Of a stretch of 64,000 nt of DNA, positions 37,301 through 50,264 are shown in pieces. The notes below the pieces were generated by a model, which made no database searches, was not told where the DNA came from, and saw only the letters and a program-made list of their open reading frames with translations. Location of the stretch: positions 5,146,001 through 5,210,000 of the forward strand of contig NW_027140221.1 in NCBI RefSeq assembly GCF_036365525.1, in the 5' to 3' direction. Every line of letters begins with the position of its first letter. The first letter of the stretch is position 1. Source of the stretch: Heterodontus francisci. Taxonomy: Eukaryota. The position numbers and the translations under genes are program-made.

Positions 37301-38860
37301 CATAGAAGTCAGAGGGTGGTAGTAGATGTAAAGTATTCAGCATGGAGCTCGGTGACCAATGGTGTTCCACGAGGATCTGTTCTGGGGCCTCTGCTCTTTG
37401 TGATTTTTATAAATGACTTGGATGAGGAAGTGGAAGGCTGGGTTAGCAAGTTTGCCGATGACACGAAGGTTGCTGGAGTTGTAGATTGAGTGGAAGGCTG
37501 TTGTAGTTTGCAACGGGACACTGACAGGATGCAGAGCTGGGCTGAGAAGTGTGCAGATGGAGTTCAACCTGGAAAAGTGTGAAGTAATTCATTTTGGAAG
37601 GTCGAATTTGAATGCAGAATACAGGCTTAAAGACAGGATTCTTGGTAGAGTGGAGGAACAGAGGGATCTTGGGGTCCATGTCCATAGATCGCTCAAAGTT
37701 GCCACAAGTTGATAGGGTTGTTAAGAAGGCGTATGGGGTGTTGGCTTTCGTTAACAGGGGGATTGAGTTTAAGAGCTGCGATGTTATTCTGCAGCTCTAT
37801 AAGGCCCTGGTTCGACCACACTTGGAATATTGTGTCGCCTCATTATAGGAAAGATGTGGAAGCTTTAGAGAGGGTGCAGAGGTGATTTACCAGGATGCTG
37901 CCTGGACTGGAGGACATGTCTTATGAAGAAAGATTGAGGGAGCTAGGGCTTTTCTCATTGGAGCGAAGAAGGATGAGAGGTGACTTGATAGAGGGGTACA
38001 AGCTGATGAGAGGCATAGATAGAGTGGATAGCCAGAGACTTTTTCCCAGGGTGGAAAGGGCTATCACCAGGGGGCAAAATTTTAAGGTGATTGAAGGAAG
38101 GTTTCGGGGAGATGTCAGAGGTAGGTTCTTTACACAGAGAGTGGTGGGTGCGTGGAATGCGCTGCCAGCGGTGGTCGTAGAAGCAGAGACATTAGGGGCA
38201 TTTAAGCGACTCTTGGATAGGTACATGGATGATAGCAGAATGAAGGGTAGGTAGGTAGTTTGATCTTAGAGTAGGTTAAAGGTTCGGCACAACATCGTGG
38301 GCCAAAGGGCCTGTACTGTGTTGTACTGTTCCAGGTTCTATGTTCTACTCTGAGGTCAGTCATGCGTCTACTTTCTGGTGCCTTACCCAAGGCCTTTCGA
38401 AAGTCAATGTGCTTTGTATCTACAATGTTATTCTTATCAAAACGTTCTGAATAATATTGTACTAATTCATTAAGGCTGATCAAGTATGACCTTCTTTTTG
38501 GAATATGTGCTGACTATTTTATTACATTATGTTTTTTCTAGCTGCTTTTCTATTACATGTTTTCAATAATGATTCCTGATCATTCGTACAACTGAATTTA
38601 TGCTAACTGTTATATCGCTCTATGGATTTGTTCTATCTTCAGCTTAAATAAATGAATCACATTAACTACAGCAGTAGCATGGCACTGTTCCATATTCTGA
38701 TGAAAATTAATGAACAGATAGTTGTACATCTGATATGTGTTCCCTATTTTTTTTTTGTGAATGCATCAATCAGAATCGGAGGTTTATCCATTTTTGATTA
38801 CTTCTCACATATTATCGGCATTTTCTACCTGAAGTCTCCTGAAGCTTGTTGTTGAATTTA
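34320..38860 (-). mobile_element. Old antisense CR1 split by the younger CR1 at 34981-38348
   Basis: 34320-34975 is antisense ORF2 C-terminus/RT. 38350-38860 continues with IDFRKALGK (DFxKAFDKV-like, ORF 38202-38483). Confidence 0.65.
34981..38348 (+). mobile_element. Young near-complete CR1: ORF1 esterase C-terminus plus ORF2 (APE endonuclease, RT), inactivated
   Basis: VHIATID...DGLHLN, YFNARS, AITEMW, MGDFNFP, SDH, KFADDTK. Frameshift near 36400 and stops at 37016-37018 and 37487-37489. Confidence 0.97.
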
Positions 38861-38869
38861 TTCACTATA

Positions 38870-41300
38870 ATTTGACAGTTTAACTCCGCCTTCTGAGATC
38901 GCTCTCCTTTCTTTTTGCTCTGTATCCTCGTCCACTGGTCCATTCTGCCACGCCTGTCACTCAGCACACGTGACTTCCTTCCTTCTGTGCTTGAAACTGT
39001 GCTCCAGAATTCCAGTTATATTTCTGTCCATGTCAGTCCGGCCCTCGCTGCTCCAAAACACAGCAAACCCGAGCTGGCCTTAAAATCATCGTGGATTGGA
39101 TACTGCCGAAAATGCAACATGAGGTCTCTGCCGGGCTATTTTACCCGCACCATCATCTGCTGGTGCATTCCAGGGGCCCAATTTGGAATTGATCCGTTTT
39201 GACTCATTCACTCGCCATTTCTACTGGAACTCCTCTCTTCTTTCCTTACTCCCGACTGGGAATGAGAACCATCGCAGGATCCTGATCCCTGTGAGAGGAC
39301 TAAGTTCTAAGGTATAGGTGTGTAGAAAACAGTTGTACACATTGGGATAGTGCATATTCTGGCGCTCTTGAAGTTGTATGGGTCCGAGCCATGTTGTTTT
39401 TGTGTCGGATGGTTGGAATATTCTGTGTTCGAATCTTACTTAGATCCCTTCATTCACATAAGTTGATGTTTGTGTTGGCGCCATTTCCTTCCGTTGTCTT
39501 GAACTGGAAGATTTCATCGACTTTGGTTCTAATCTGGCCCCTTCCACATCTTCATGAAGTCCATATCTGACGCTTCCTTCTCCTTCTTCGACTTCTCTAC
39601 CCCTGCTTCAGTGGATTGGATGTTTACCAATGTACCCAATAATCCCACCATCTCACTGAGCTAGCTTGGTTAGACTTCATTCCTGGAAGAACTCAGTTCC
39701 ATTCTCGCAGTTTCACCAACTGCTTTCCATCAGTTCTGATGTTGTTACCTTACACACAAATGATTCTAAAATGCCTCCATTCTTCGTCAGGCGAAGATAC
39801 ACCTCCACAGTGGTAAACAGGATCCTCAACCGTTTCCAACACATTTCCCAGATTACTGCCTTCACTCCTTTCCTTCCCTACTACCAGCACCATAAGGTTT
39901 CCCATGTCCTCGCGTTCCACCCCATCAGCCTTCACATTCAACACAGCATTCTTCTACATTTCTGCCACATCCAGCTAAGTCCACCACTACCCCTATAATT
40001 TTCCCCCTTCCAGTATCCCACTCACTGTAAAACCCTGGTCCACTCCGCAATTAACATCAGCAACCTCTTCTTTTCCCAGAGCACCAATCCATGCAAACGC
40101 AGCAGGTTTAATACCTGCCCTGTTTCCTAGATGCCGAGTACTCCTTCCAGGTTAAACATCGATTATCTTGTACTTCTTGCGATTTAGTATTTATTGCACA
40201 TGATGGGATCTCCTGGAAATTGGGAGAGGAGCAAATGCAGATTGGGTAATTATTTTCCTGAACTCCTCCGTTCAAGGCTAACGTGAACTTCCAGTTCACT
40301 TCATTTTAGTTCTATAATCGAATCATGGAATGGTAAAAGTGCAAATGGAGGTCATTCGGCCAGTTATATCTGTTCCACCACGTTGTAAGAGCAACTCGCT
40401 TAGTCCCACTCCCCCGCCTTTCCAGGTAGATCTGCAGTTATTTCTCTTTGGAAAATTATTCAACTGACTTTGAAACGACTCGAGTGAATGTGCCTCCACC
40501 ACTCATTCAGGTAGTGCATCCCAGATCCTAAACACTCGCTATGTAGAATAGTTTATTTTTTCCCAATCAACTTAAATCAGTGTCTTCTCGTTCTATATCT
40601 GTTTTGCCAATGGGAGCGGTTTCTACATCGCACTCCCACTCTGAGCTCTATATTCTTAATCTCTTACACTGTTGCACTGCAACACAAAGGGGTAAACGTA
40701 TTTTATTGCCTCAACTCTGACATTGAAAACTTCAGATTCTAACCACCACTCTTTTTTTTCTACAATGGGCTGTGCTGGTAATGGATGATGCCTACGCCAG
40801 TGTCACTGGGGGTGGAAAGGTTTTGGGTTGAATTTTGAGGATGTGTGATCCCCTATTGGTGCACAACTGGCAGGCTGATCCACAACCCTTGGAGTCTACT
40901 CATTATTCTCTATCGTTTTTCCGGACACTGGAACCTTCTTCACTTTGCCAGATTCACCATGTTAGCTTCTCCTCTATTTTTTCCTGTCCTAACTATTTAC
41001 ACCACCTCTGGATCCATCCACTGTTCCTTTAACTGTCTCAATCGTTTTACACCATCATCCCTATTTTCATTGAAACATTTCTCCTTCCAGCCAATTACAG
41101 ACCTTGCGCTTTGTTATTTCCTCTCCCTGCCGACATTTCTGTGTTTTCATCACTGATTTAAAATTGTTAATCGCTAATATCAGCCAGTTCTGAAGAAAGC
41201 CTTTATACCTGAAAAGCTAACTGTTTCTCTCTCCACAGATGCTGCTTGACCTGCTAAGAGTTTTCAACATTCTCCGATGTTAATCAGATTTCCGCGGTTT
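38870..41300 (+). mobile_element. Fragmented Penelope-like element(s), with intervening non-Penelope sequence
   Basis: KNSVPFSQF (cf. 29475-29510). Terminal motif CCAGTTCTGAAGAAAG...TCTCCACAGATGCTGCTTGACCTGCT at ~41185-41255. Interrupted by unique DNA (~39060-39480) and a CR1 3' end (~40320-40620). Confidence 0.7.
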
Positions 41301-41399
41301 CAGTATATTGTTGCTGCTCAAATGCTTAGGAATGACTGATAATGTGCGTGAATGACATAGGTTCAGCGTTTCAACACCGCAGACTGCCTCTTCATAACC

Positions 41400-44300
41400 T
41401 TGACTGGTTCCCCACCAATGACCAGCCTGATTAAAAGGCTTGACCGTCATTCGGGCAGAGAGGATTGTGCAGCAGGCCTCAGTACAAGGGAAGTCCAAAT
41501 CATGACCCTGGAGTACGGGGGACGATGCGTCGGGTTAAATCTCTAGCTCCAGAGGGGAAAAGAATGATGACATATCTGATTGATGGGCATAAGCTTGAGC
41601 TCCGGGTTTTTGAACTCGAGCAGTGGCTGGAGTGACTGTGGCACTTCCGTGAGGCAGAGAACTACGTGGATAGCACGTTTCAGGAGGTCGGCACTTTCCT
41701 TAAGACATAGAGGGACTGGGCGTCAGCCAGGCAGACAAGAAGGTCAAGACAGTTTGTGCACGAGTCCCAAGAGGGCATTTCACTTTCTAAACGGTATTCA
41801 GTTCTGAGTACCGATGGGAAAATGGCTTCTTCTGGAGAGTGAAGCGATATTCATGACCAGAGCCCCATGTGTAGCTCAACCGTTCAGGGAGTGAGGAGAA
41901 AGGACAAGAGAGCAATAGCGATATGGGATTCTATAGTTAGGAGAACTGATAGGCGTTTCTGTGGTCGCAGACGTGATTCCAGGATGGTATGTTGCCTCCC
42001 ATGTCGAAGGGTCATGGATATACTGGGCCTTAAGGAGGGCGAGGGTGCACAGCCAGAGATCGTGGTCCACACTGGTACCAATGATATGGGAAGAAAGACG
42101 GATAAGGTCCTTTTCAAGTGCAGACGGTCTGGCATCTGCAGGTCCCAAATTCCGCAGAACAGGTGCCAATTCCCCAGAAATCTGAAGTCCTCCCTCTTGG
42201 TACCATCTCTCGTGCGATGCATTCATCTACTGTGTTTTTCTATTTTATACTCACTAGCACGTGGCCTTGTGAATAAACTGGAGATTACTACCTTTGAGGT
42301 CTTGCTTGCTAATTTCGTTCCTAACTCCCTAAACTCTCGTTCCAAACTCCCTAAACTCTTGCTTAGATATCAAGGGAAAGGTACAATCCAGTGTGTTCCG
42401 AACCAATGAGCGGGTTGGATCAAAGTGGGGCTGATTCAGGTGGTTGTTCTGACCCGGAGGGGGTCTGTTCCTTGGGGGATGCATTTGATCCCTGTGAAGA
42501 GGTCTGATCCCAGGGCAACATGATAACCCAAACGGGTAATGAACAGGACTGGGACAAATATCCTTGCAGGAAGGTTTTCTGGTGATGTCGGGGATAGTTT
42601 AATCTAGCGTGGCAGGGGGTTGGGGACCTGAGCCCATCTTAGATAGGACAATTACAGGGCAGGGAACAGGAGGTAGAAAATTAGTGACTGACTCTGAAAG
42701 ACACAAGGAGAAAAGGTTAAACAGTATGCAACACAGGAATTTGGCAATGTTAAAGGGTATTTATGTACATGAAAGGAATAAAGTACATAAAGTCGATGAG
42801 CTGAGAGCACAGATATACACATGGCAACACGATATCGTTGCTACAACAGAAACCTGGCTTAAGGAGGCGTAAGATTGACAACTCAGCATCCCTGGGAGTT
42901 TTCAGGCGGGATAGAGAGGGAGACAGAAAAGAGGGGATGTAGCATTATTAGTTAAGGAATCAATAACAGCTTTGAGGAGAATTGACATGCTAAATGAATC
43001 ATCAACCGAGGCCAGATAAGTTGAGCTCAAAAATATATAAAGAGGGGCAGCCACACTATTAAGATTGTACTGTAGACCCCCAAATTGTGAGAGGCAGATA
43101 GAAAAACAAATATGTAGGCAAATCTCTGAGTGCAGAAACTATAGGGAAATAATAATTGGGTATTTCAATTACCCCAATATCAACTGGGCCACAAGCAGTG
43201 GAAAGGACAAAGGGGACAAAATGCTTGAAAAGCGTTCAAAAGAACATTTTAGCCAGCACGCAGCAATACCAACGAGAGGGGCGCAATTTTAGATTTAGAA
43301 TTGAGTATTGAATCTGGGCAAGTGGAAGAAGTAACAGTGGGTGACCATTTTGGAGATAGTGACCATAATACAGCAAGCTTTAGCATGAGCATGGGATAGG
43401 ACAAATATAAGACAGGACCTAAAGTTCTAAATTGGAGGAAGGCACATTTTACAAAACTGAGAGGTGACCTGGCAAAAGTGAACTTGGACACAGCTACTTT
43501 TAGGAAAATAAGCGACAAACCAGTGGGAGGCACTGAAAAACAAGATACTACTGGAACGGTATAGGCATGTCCCCACAAAGATAAAGGATGGTACTGTCAA
43601 AGCTAGAGCCCCCTGTTTATCTAGAAGCTTACAGGATACGTTAAAGCAGAAAAAAAGAATGCTTATGACGATCACGAAAATTGTAATGCTTTAGAAAGCC
43701 GAGAGGAGTATAGAAAGCGCAGGGATGAGGTAGAAAAGGAAATTAGGACAGCAAATAGAAGACATGAGAAATTATTGGCAAGCAAAATCAATGAAAAGCC
43801 GAAGATGTATTATCAGTACATTAAGAGCAAGAGAATAACTCAGGAAAGGGTGGGGCGTATGAAAGATGTTCGGGGTAACTTATGCGTGGATGCAGAAGAT
43901 GTGGACAATGCTCATAGAGAGTTTTTTTCATCTGTATCTTCACAAAGGAGAGGGTTAATGTAGACATTGGAGTAAAAGAGGAGGAGATTGAACTATTAGA
44001 AAGAATAAACATAATGAGAGAGGAAGTACTAGAGGTTTTGACATCCTTGAAAGTGGATAAATCGCCAGAGCCGGATGGATTGCATCCCAGGTTGTTAAAG
44101 GAAGCACAGGGACGAAATAGCAGATGCGCTGAGGATTATCTTCAAATCCTTACTAGATAGAGGAAATATACCAGACGATTGGAGGTCTGTTAACGTCGTG
44201 CTATTGTTTGAAAAGGGTACGAGGGATGGGACAAATAATTATAAGCCAGTCAGTTTGACCTCGTAGGTGGGTAAATTGTTAAAATCTGTTCTGAGGGACA

Positions 44301-45636
44301 GGATAAACTGCCACGTAAAAAGGCACGGATAAATCAGGGATAGTCGCCATGGGTTTGTTAAGTGACGGTCATTTCTTACTAACTTAATTGAGTTTTTTGA
44401 GGAAGTTACAATAAGTATTGGTGAGGGTAGTGCAGTGGATGTGGTCTACATGGATTTTGGTAAGGCATTTAACAAGGTCCCACATGGGAGACTGGTCAGT
44501 AAAATGAAAGCCCATAGGATACAGGGGAATGTGGCAGTTTGGATTCAGAATTGGCCCAGGGACAGGAAACAAAAGGTAATAGTCGTTAGATTTATTCTTT
44601 GAATGGAAAACTGTTTCCAATGGCGTTCTCCAGGGCTCAGTGTTGGGTCCCTTGCTGTTTATGGCATATATTAATGATTTAGAGTTAAATGTGGGAGACA
44701 TGATTGGGATATTTTCTGATGACACAAAAATTGACCGTGTCCTTGATAGTGAAGAGGTTAGCCGTCGAATCCAGATTGATATCCATGGTTTGGTTGAGTG
44801 GGCAGAAACGTGGCAAATGGAATTCAATCCATATAAGTGTGAGGTAATGCATTTGGGGAGGGCAAATAAAGGAAAGGAATACACCATAGACAGGAGAATA
44901 TTGTGAAGAGTAGAAGAAATGAGACAGCTTGGAATGCATGTCCACAAATCCCTGAAGGTGGCAGGACAGGTAGATAGAGTAGTGAAGAAGACATATGAAT
45001 GCTTTCCTTTATTGGCCGAGGTAAGAGTTCAAATGCAGGGATGTAATGCTGGAACTGTATAAAGCGCTGGTTAGCCCTTAGATGGAGCATTGCGTACAGT
45101 TCTGGTCAACATATTACAGAAAGGACATCATTGTTCTGGAGAGAGTACGGAGATTTACAAGAATGTTGCCAGGGCTCGAATGTTGCAGCAATGAGGAAAT
45201 ATTGGATAGGCTATGTGTTTTCCCCTTAAAACAGAGGAGGCTGAGTGGTGACTTAATAGAGGTGTACACAATTATTAGGGGCCCAGATAGAATATAAGGG
45301 AATGACCTGTTTCCCCTAGCGGAAAGGTCAATTACCAGGGGCCACAGACTTAAGGTGATTACTAGAAGGATTAGAGCGGACATGAGGGAAAACATTTTCA
45401 CCCAGGGGGTGGTGAGTGCCTGGAATTCACTGCTAGGAACGGTGGTGGAGGCAGAAACCTCACTTCTTTGAAAGGGTACCTGAACAAGTACCTGTAGTGT
45501 TGTAACTGGCAAGGCCATGTAACTGGTGCTGGAAGGGGGGATTACATTGGGTGGCTTGTTCTTTCGGCCAGCACGGGTAGGATGGGTTGAATGGCCTCCT
45601 TCTGTTCCGTAATTTTTCTATAGTTCTATGATTCTA
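41400..45636 (+). mobile_element. Near full-length decayed CR1 (ORF1, ORF2 and 3' UTR) with an internal inversion in ORF1
   Basis: AIWDSIVRRTDRRFCG, VHTGTND, ATTETWL, GYFNYP, FSDDTK and the tail TTCTATAGTTCTATGATTCTA. Confidence 0.92.
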
Positions 45637-45639
45637 AGT

Positions 45640-46020
45640 ACAGACAACCTATCTAATACGTCCTTTCAATCAGTTTTAGAACCTGCCAGTGTCTGAATTA
45701 TCAACTCTTTCACCGTGGCCTGTGATGCATCTTCCTCCCTGGTAAACACAAAGCGAAAGAGTCATTCAGTACCTCAGCTAGCCCCTCTGCATCCATGGGA
45801 AATCTCTTTTCTGGTCCCTAATCTGCTGCACTCCTCCATTTACCAGCCTTTTATCATTTTTATGTCTATTGGAAACATTGAGTTTTCCTTTAATGCTAGC
45901 TGCCAGCCTCTTTTCACGCTCTATCCTTGCTTCTTTTATTTGCTATTTAGTTCCCCCTATGCCTTCCATATTGAGTCTGCTTCTCAATAGTATTTTCTAC
46001 CTGGCATCTGCGATAAGCAG
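45640..46020 (-). mobile_element. Old CR1 ORF2 fragment (endonuclease-RT linker)
   Basis: CTTCCTCCCTGGTAAACACAAAGCGAAAGAGTCATTCAGTACCTCAGC is antisense to AEVLND..FVFTRE. Confidence 0.6.
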
Positions 46021-46199
46021 AACAGCGTGAAATATGTAAGAACAAGTTGAGAACTCTTTCAAGAACAGCGGGAGTCGGCGGGGGGGGGGGGGAGGGGGGA
46101 TCCTCAGTTAAGGAAAAATAAAGAAGAAATCACAGAACCACTAACATTATAGACAGATGAGACAGAGAAACGGGAGAAGGGAATTGAGTCCTACAGTAA

Positions 46200-46930
46200 G
46201 TTGCATGCGAGGAATTGTAGTACAGTTACCTGTGGGAGTCTGTTGGTTTATGGTGAACATCGATTGATTGCCTTTCTGTAGAAATGGAGACAGATGGAGA
46301 CCATGTGAAGGTGACAGAAGGGACTAAATCGGAAACAAAATTATTAATATTTAACAGTTCAGGGTGAAGGCAGGAAGCATCACTGATACAGTCATCTATG
46401 TTCTGGAAGAACAAGTGAGGTAGGAGTCATGAATAAGAATGCAAAACAGAATGTTCCACATATCCCTCAAAAAAAACTCAGGCATAGATTGGATGCATAT
46501 CTGATGAAAGACCACAGACCTGAAACGTTCACTTTGCTTTTATCTCCACGGTGGCTATCAGACCTGCTGAACATTACCAGCACTTTTTGTTTTTATTTCA
46601 GGTTCCCAGCATCTGCGGTATTTTGCTTTTATTATTTAGATCGGACGCATGCGAGTACCCACAGGAACACGTTTCATTTGGAGGAAGTGAGTGAAATTGA
46701 AGGAATAGTAGCTTACTGTGAGAACAAATTCAGCCAAACGGAGGAGGATGGCCTGTAAATGGGAGCTGGTTGGACATTTGTTCAATAAAGCAGCGGAGAT
46801 ATCTCAGAACATAGAGAGAATGGAGCTGTGGAGGGATTAGACGTACTTGATGAATCGGAGCCGGTGAGTGCAAGGAAACGGGAAACTGATGGACTAATTG
46901 TGGGCACGTCCTATGTTCGAATGCTATTAA
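46200..46930 (-). mobile_element. Penelope-like fragments (antisense) with an embedded sense-strand terminal piece at ~46500-46640
   Basis: Minus-strand ORF FFQNIDDCI...HKPTDSH. Plus-strand CTGATGAAAG..ACCTGAAACGTT...CCAGCATCTGCGGTATTTTGCTTTT. Confidence 0.7.
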
Positions 46931-47112
46931 ACCCAAAAGTGGATGTGTTACTGCTGCAGTGGAGTCAAGGTTTTTTTTTTTAAATTCTACATTTGACCAA
47001 TCCTGAACCTACCTGTCTTCGGTGCCAAAATCCTGCACTTACTACCTGGATTCGAAATGGCGAGTATTTGATCAGTTAACTTTCAGTCTCTTTTCCCTTG
47101 TTTCTCTTACAG

Positions 47113-48006
47113 TTAATTTACTGGCGATTGTCATCCTCTCGCAGGGAAAGTGTGACCTCTCCACTTGCACCACTCGTTACCTGGTGGCCATGGCAATAGC
47201 GGATTTACTGGTCATTATCACTGAGTTCATACTGTTCAGGATCAGTTATTATTATTTCCCAGGATCTGTCCTTAACATCACCCCGATGTGTAGTGTTATC
47301 ATTGTCCTGAGTCGTGTAGCCACATATTGTTCCGTCTGGTTCACCGTCACGTTTTCCTTTGATCGATTTGTGCTCATTTGTTGCCAGAAGCTGAAAACAA
47401 TATATTGCACCGAGAAAAATGTGGCTGTGGTTCTAGCAACAACCTGCATTCTTCTCTGTTTAGAAAACGTTCCCAAATACTATACAATTGAACCTGGATG
47501 GACAACCGACACTGTGCAGTGGGACTGTTACATGAAGCCAAGCTATTTTACTGAGCCAGGATGGGTGGCATTTGACTGGTTTGATACTGTTTCAAACCCG
47601 TTGATCCCATTTGTTTTAATTCTGTTTCTGAACAATCTGACAGTCAGGTACATTTTCGTGACCAGTCGAGTTCGTAAGGGACTGAGTGGTCAGAGCAAGG
47701 GAGAGAATCGCAATGATGGACAGCAGGAGGAAATCTGTGATTTTATTCCTCACGATATCCGGCACCTTCATAATTCTTCTGTTGGTGTACGTTATAGATT
47801 TCTGATATTCTAGCATTTCAGCCACAGATCCCGGGGGTTACAACGATTCTGAATACATATTTGAGCAAGGCGGATTTATGCTGATGAATTTAAGTTGCTG
47901 CACAAACGCATTTATTTATGGGGCGACTCCGTCCAAGTTCAGAGAACAGTTCAAGAGCATGGTGAAATATCCATTCATATCAATGTTTCAATTAATTAAT
48001 AAATAA
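47113..48006 (+). pseudogene. GPR139/GPR142-like class A GPCR pseudogene, large second exon
   Basis: Splice acceptor TTTCTCTTACAG (AG at 47111-47112). NLLAIVILSQGKCDLSTCTTRYLVAMAIADLLV, CSVWFTVTFSFDRF, PLIPF..IL, then after a frameshift at ~47715 MDSRRKSV...LSCCTNAFIYG...KFRE. Premature TGA at 47803-47805 and natural stop TAA at 48004-48006. Confidence 0.9.
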
Positions 48007-48749
48007 AATACTGAGAGCAGCCCTGAGGCGGATCCCAGTGTTTCCAGCCCACGAATGTATTATTTATCTCCAGACTTCCATTAAGAGAATGACACCCAGA
48101 ATCGCTGATGATCTCATCTTACCCCCAGTTGTGGGGGGGGGGGGGGGGGTGGGGCGGACGGGCATGGCCGCAAAAACGATTATTTTAGGACACGGTACTA
48201 TTTTTGTTTGATAGAGGAGTGTGCATATGACAAACATCCAGCATATAACGAGCGACGTGAACGTCAGAGGACCGGAAGGAAAGAGGAAGCAGTATTTTTT
48301 TTAAAAAAACTCTAAAGAGCCGTGAGCGAATGAAAAGCAGAGAGCAGCAGCTGGATAACCAGAAATTCATTGGAGGGGAGAGTGGCTACTCAAGCTAAAG
48401 AACAGTGCGCCAGGGCAAGAGGCGACCTTCGAGATCCGAATATAAATGAGAGAGGAGGAGAGTCGCAGCACCTCCTACAGAACAGAAGGGAATTAGCAGC
48501 ACAGCCGTTCCTCCACTTCCACTGGTACTACTCGCAGCTCCACACAACTGCTCTGACGGTAAGAGTCATGGGGGTTCATGTCTGGGCAATCCTCAACCAA
48601 GGGGCTTTGGTGGGGAGACGGGATCGAGAGTGAGTGAGTGGGTCCGGGTTCAGCATAGATCCAGACATCTCTAGATGCTCAGCTTGGCAGCTACTCAAAG
48701 GATGGGATGAAGTCCCTTCCTATTCCCATGTTTACTGATATTGCTTGAC

Positions 48750-50160
48750 AATGGTTCTATCTGCTCAGGACCTGTCCAAGCATCATCTAAATCTGCCGTC
48801 ATTACCCATCTCCCAAGAAACAAAAAACAGCACTTGACCCCTCCTGGATCATGTTGGCACTTCCAAAATCTATGCTGGTCTTTCTTGAAGCTCCATAGTT
48901 TAAATCATCCAAACATGTTTCCTCTCCTGCCTAAACAGCTCACAAATGACTTCCCAGCTGACTGTGAAAATGGTAAACTATCCATCTTCGCCCCTTTCTA
49001 TCTGTCTGTAGTGTGCAAATTTTTGACAACATCATCCAACTGATGGGAATCCTCTCACCTGATTGTATTCCTATCCAACGAATCTTAGCCAGAGGATAGT
49101 CTGAAGTGGCTTCTCTTCCCATTCCCACATCTATGCTTTTCTCTCTCCTATTTCTCAACTGCATGCTGCTCTTTGGCGACATCAGAGACATCAGTTTACA
49201 CATGTATACCGACCACACCCAGCTCCAACTCACCAGCACCTCTCTCGACCTCTTCGTTTCTCGAAATTATCAAACAGCTCTACTAACATCCACTATTGGA
49301 AGAGTGGTTATTGTCTCCAACCTAATTTCGGGCATATGGACACAATTGACTTCACCTCCACCAAAATCTCTGTGTCCTAGCCATCGACTCTACCCCTCTC
49401 CCCAGCAACTGCTGGAGGCTGCACAAGACTGTCCACAACCTTGATGCCGTGTTTCACTCCGGGATGGAATTCAGAAACGCATCTCTGACATCAATAAGAT
49501 CGCCTATTTCCAACCCCATACAACGCCCAACTCCCTCCGTGCCTCAGCTGTTCTGCTGCTGAAACGCTCATCCATTTGTTGCTTCCAGATCTGAATATTA
49601 CAGCGCATTTATGCCTATTCTCCCACATAGTACCACCCACAAACTTGAGGTCATCCAAAACACGGCTGCTTGTGTCCAGATTCATACGAAATCCACTTCA
49701 AGCATTACACCAAGTGCTGGCCAATCTACGTTAACTCACAGTCAGGCAACGCCTCCATTTTAATTCTTTTACCCTTGTGTTCAAATTTCTCTATAGCCTT
49801 GCCCCTGTAGATTTCTGCAATCTCCTCCAGCCTCTACAACCTTGCCTATATCTGTAACATCCGTCAGCGACCACAAACCTTTGTGACTCTAGCGTCCCTT
49901 TAACTCTAGCCTATTGCACCTCGCTGATTTTTATTCTTCCGTGGTGATTGAGTCTTCAGCTGCCTTAGGCCAAAGCTCTGGAATTCCCTTCATAAAACTC
50001 TCCACCTCTCTCTTCTCATTTAAGGCAATGCTTAGAATCAAACGGTCTGGCTAACCCTTTGGTCATCCAAGCGAATATATATCTGTGTGCCTTGCTAACA
50101 AATCTTGCAAAATAATGTTCTTGTGAAATGTGTTGAGACGTTTTACTTTATGGTCAAGTC
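48750..50160 (+). mobile_element. Decayed L2 LINE (RT to 3' end)
   Basis: HMYTDHTQL (YADDTQL-like), AETLIH, L.VIQNTAA and the 3' end TGTGAAATGTGTTGAGACGTTTTAC. Confidence 0.8.
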
Positions 50161-50264
50161 ACGATAGCGTTATTAATACTTGTTCTCTCTTTGTCTTTGT
50201 CTCTGTCAGTCTGTCTGTCTGTCTGTCTCTCTCTCTATCTCTGAGGTATCTTTCTCTCTACTAA

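Noticed and set aside
39130-39180. Possible GPR139-like exon 1 (LFYP...IPG)
   Set aside because: It needs frameshifts, has no GT donor, and the same bases fit a V-like reading better.
47022-47813. 263-aa ORF as an intact GPCR
   Set aside because: The first ~30 codons are intronic (acceptor at 47112) and the C-terminus is out of frame after ~47715, so TM6-7 are not in this ORF.
46075-48155. Poly-G runs at ~46080-46099 and ~48133-48154 as regulatory G-quadruplexes
   Set aside because: They are simple homopolymers that are error-prone in sequencing, with no supporting context.
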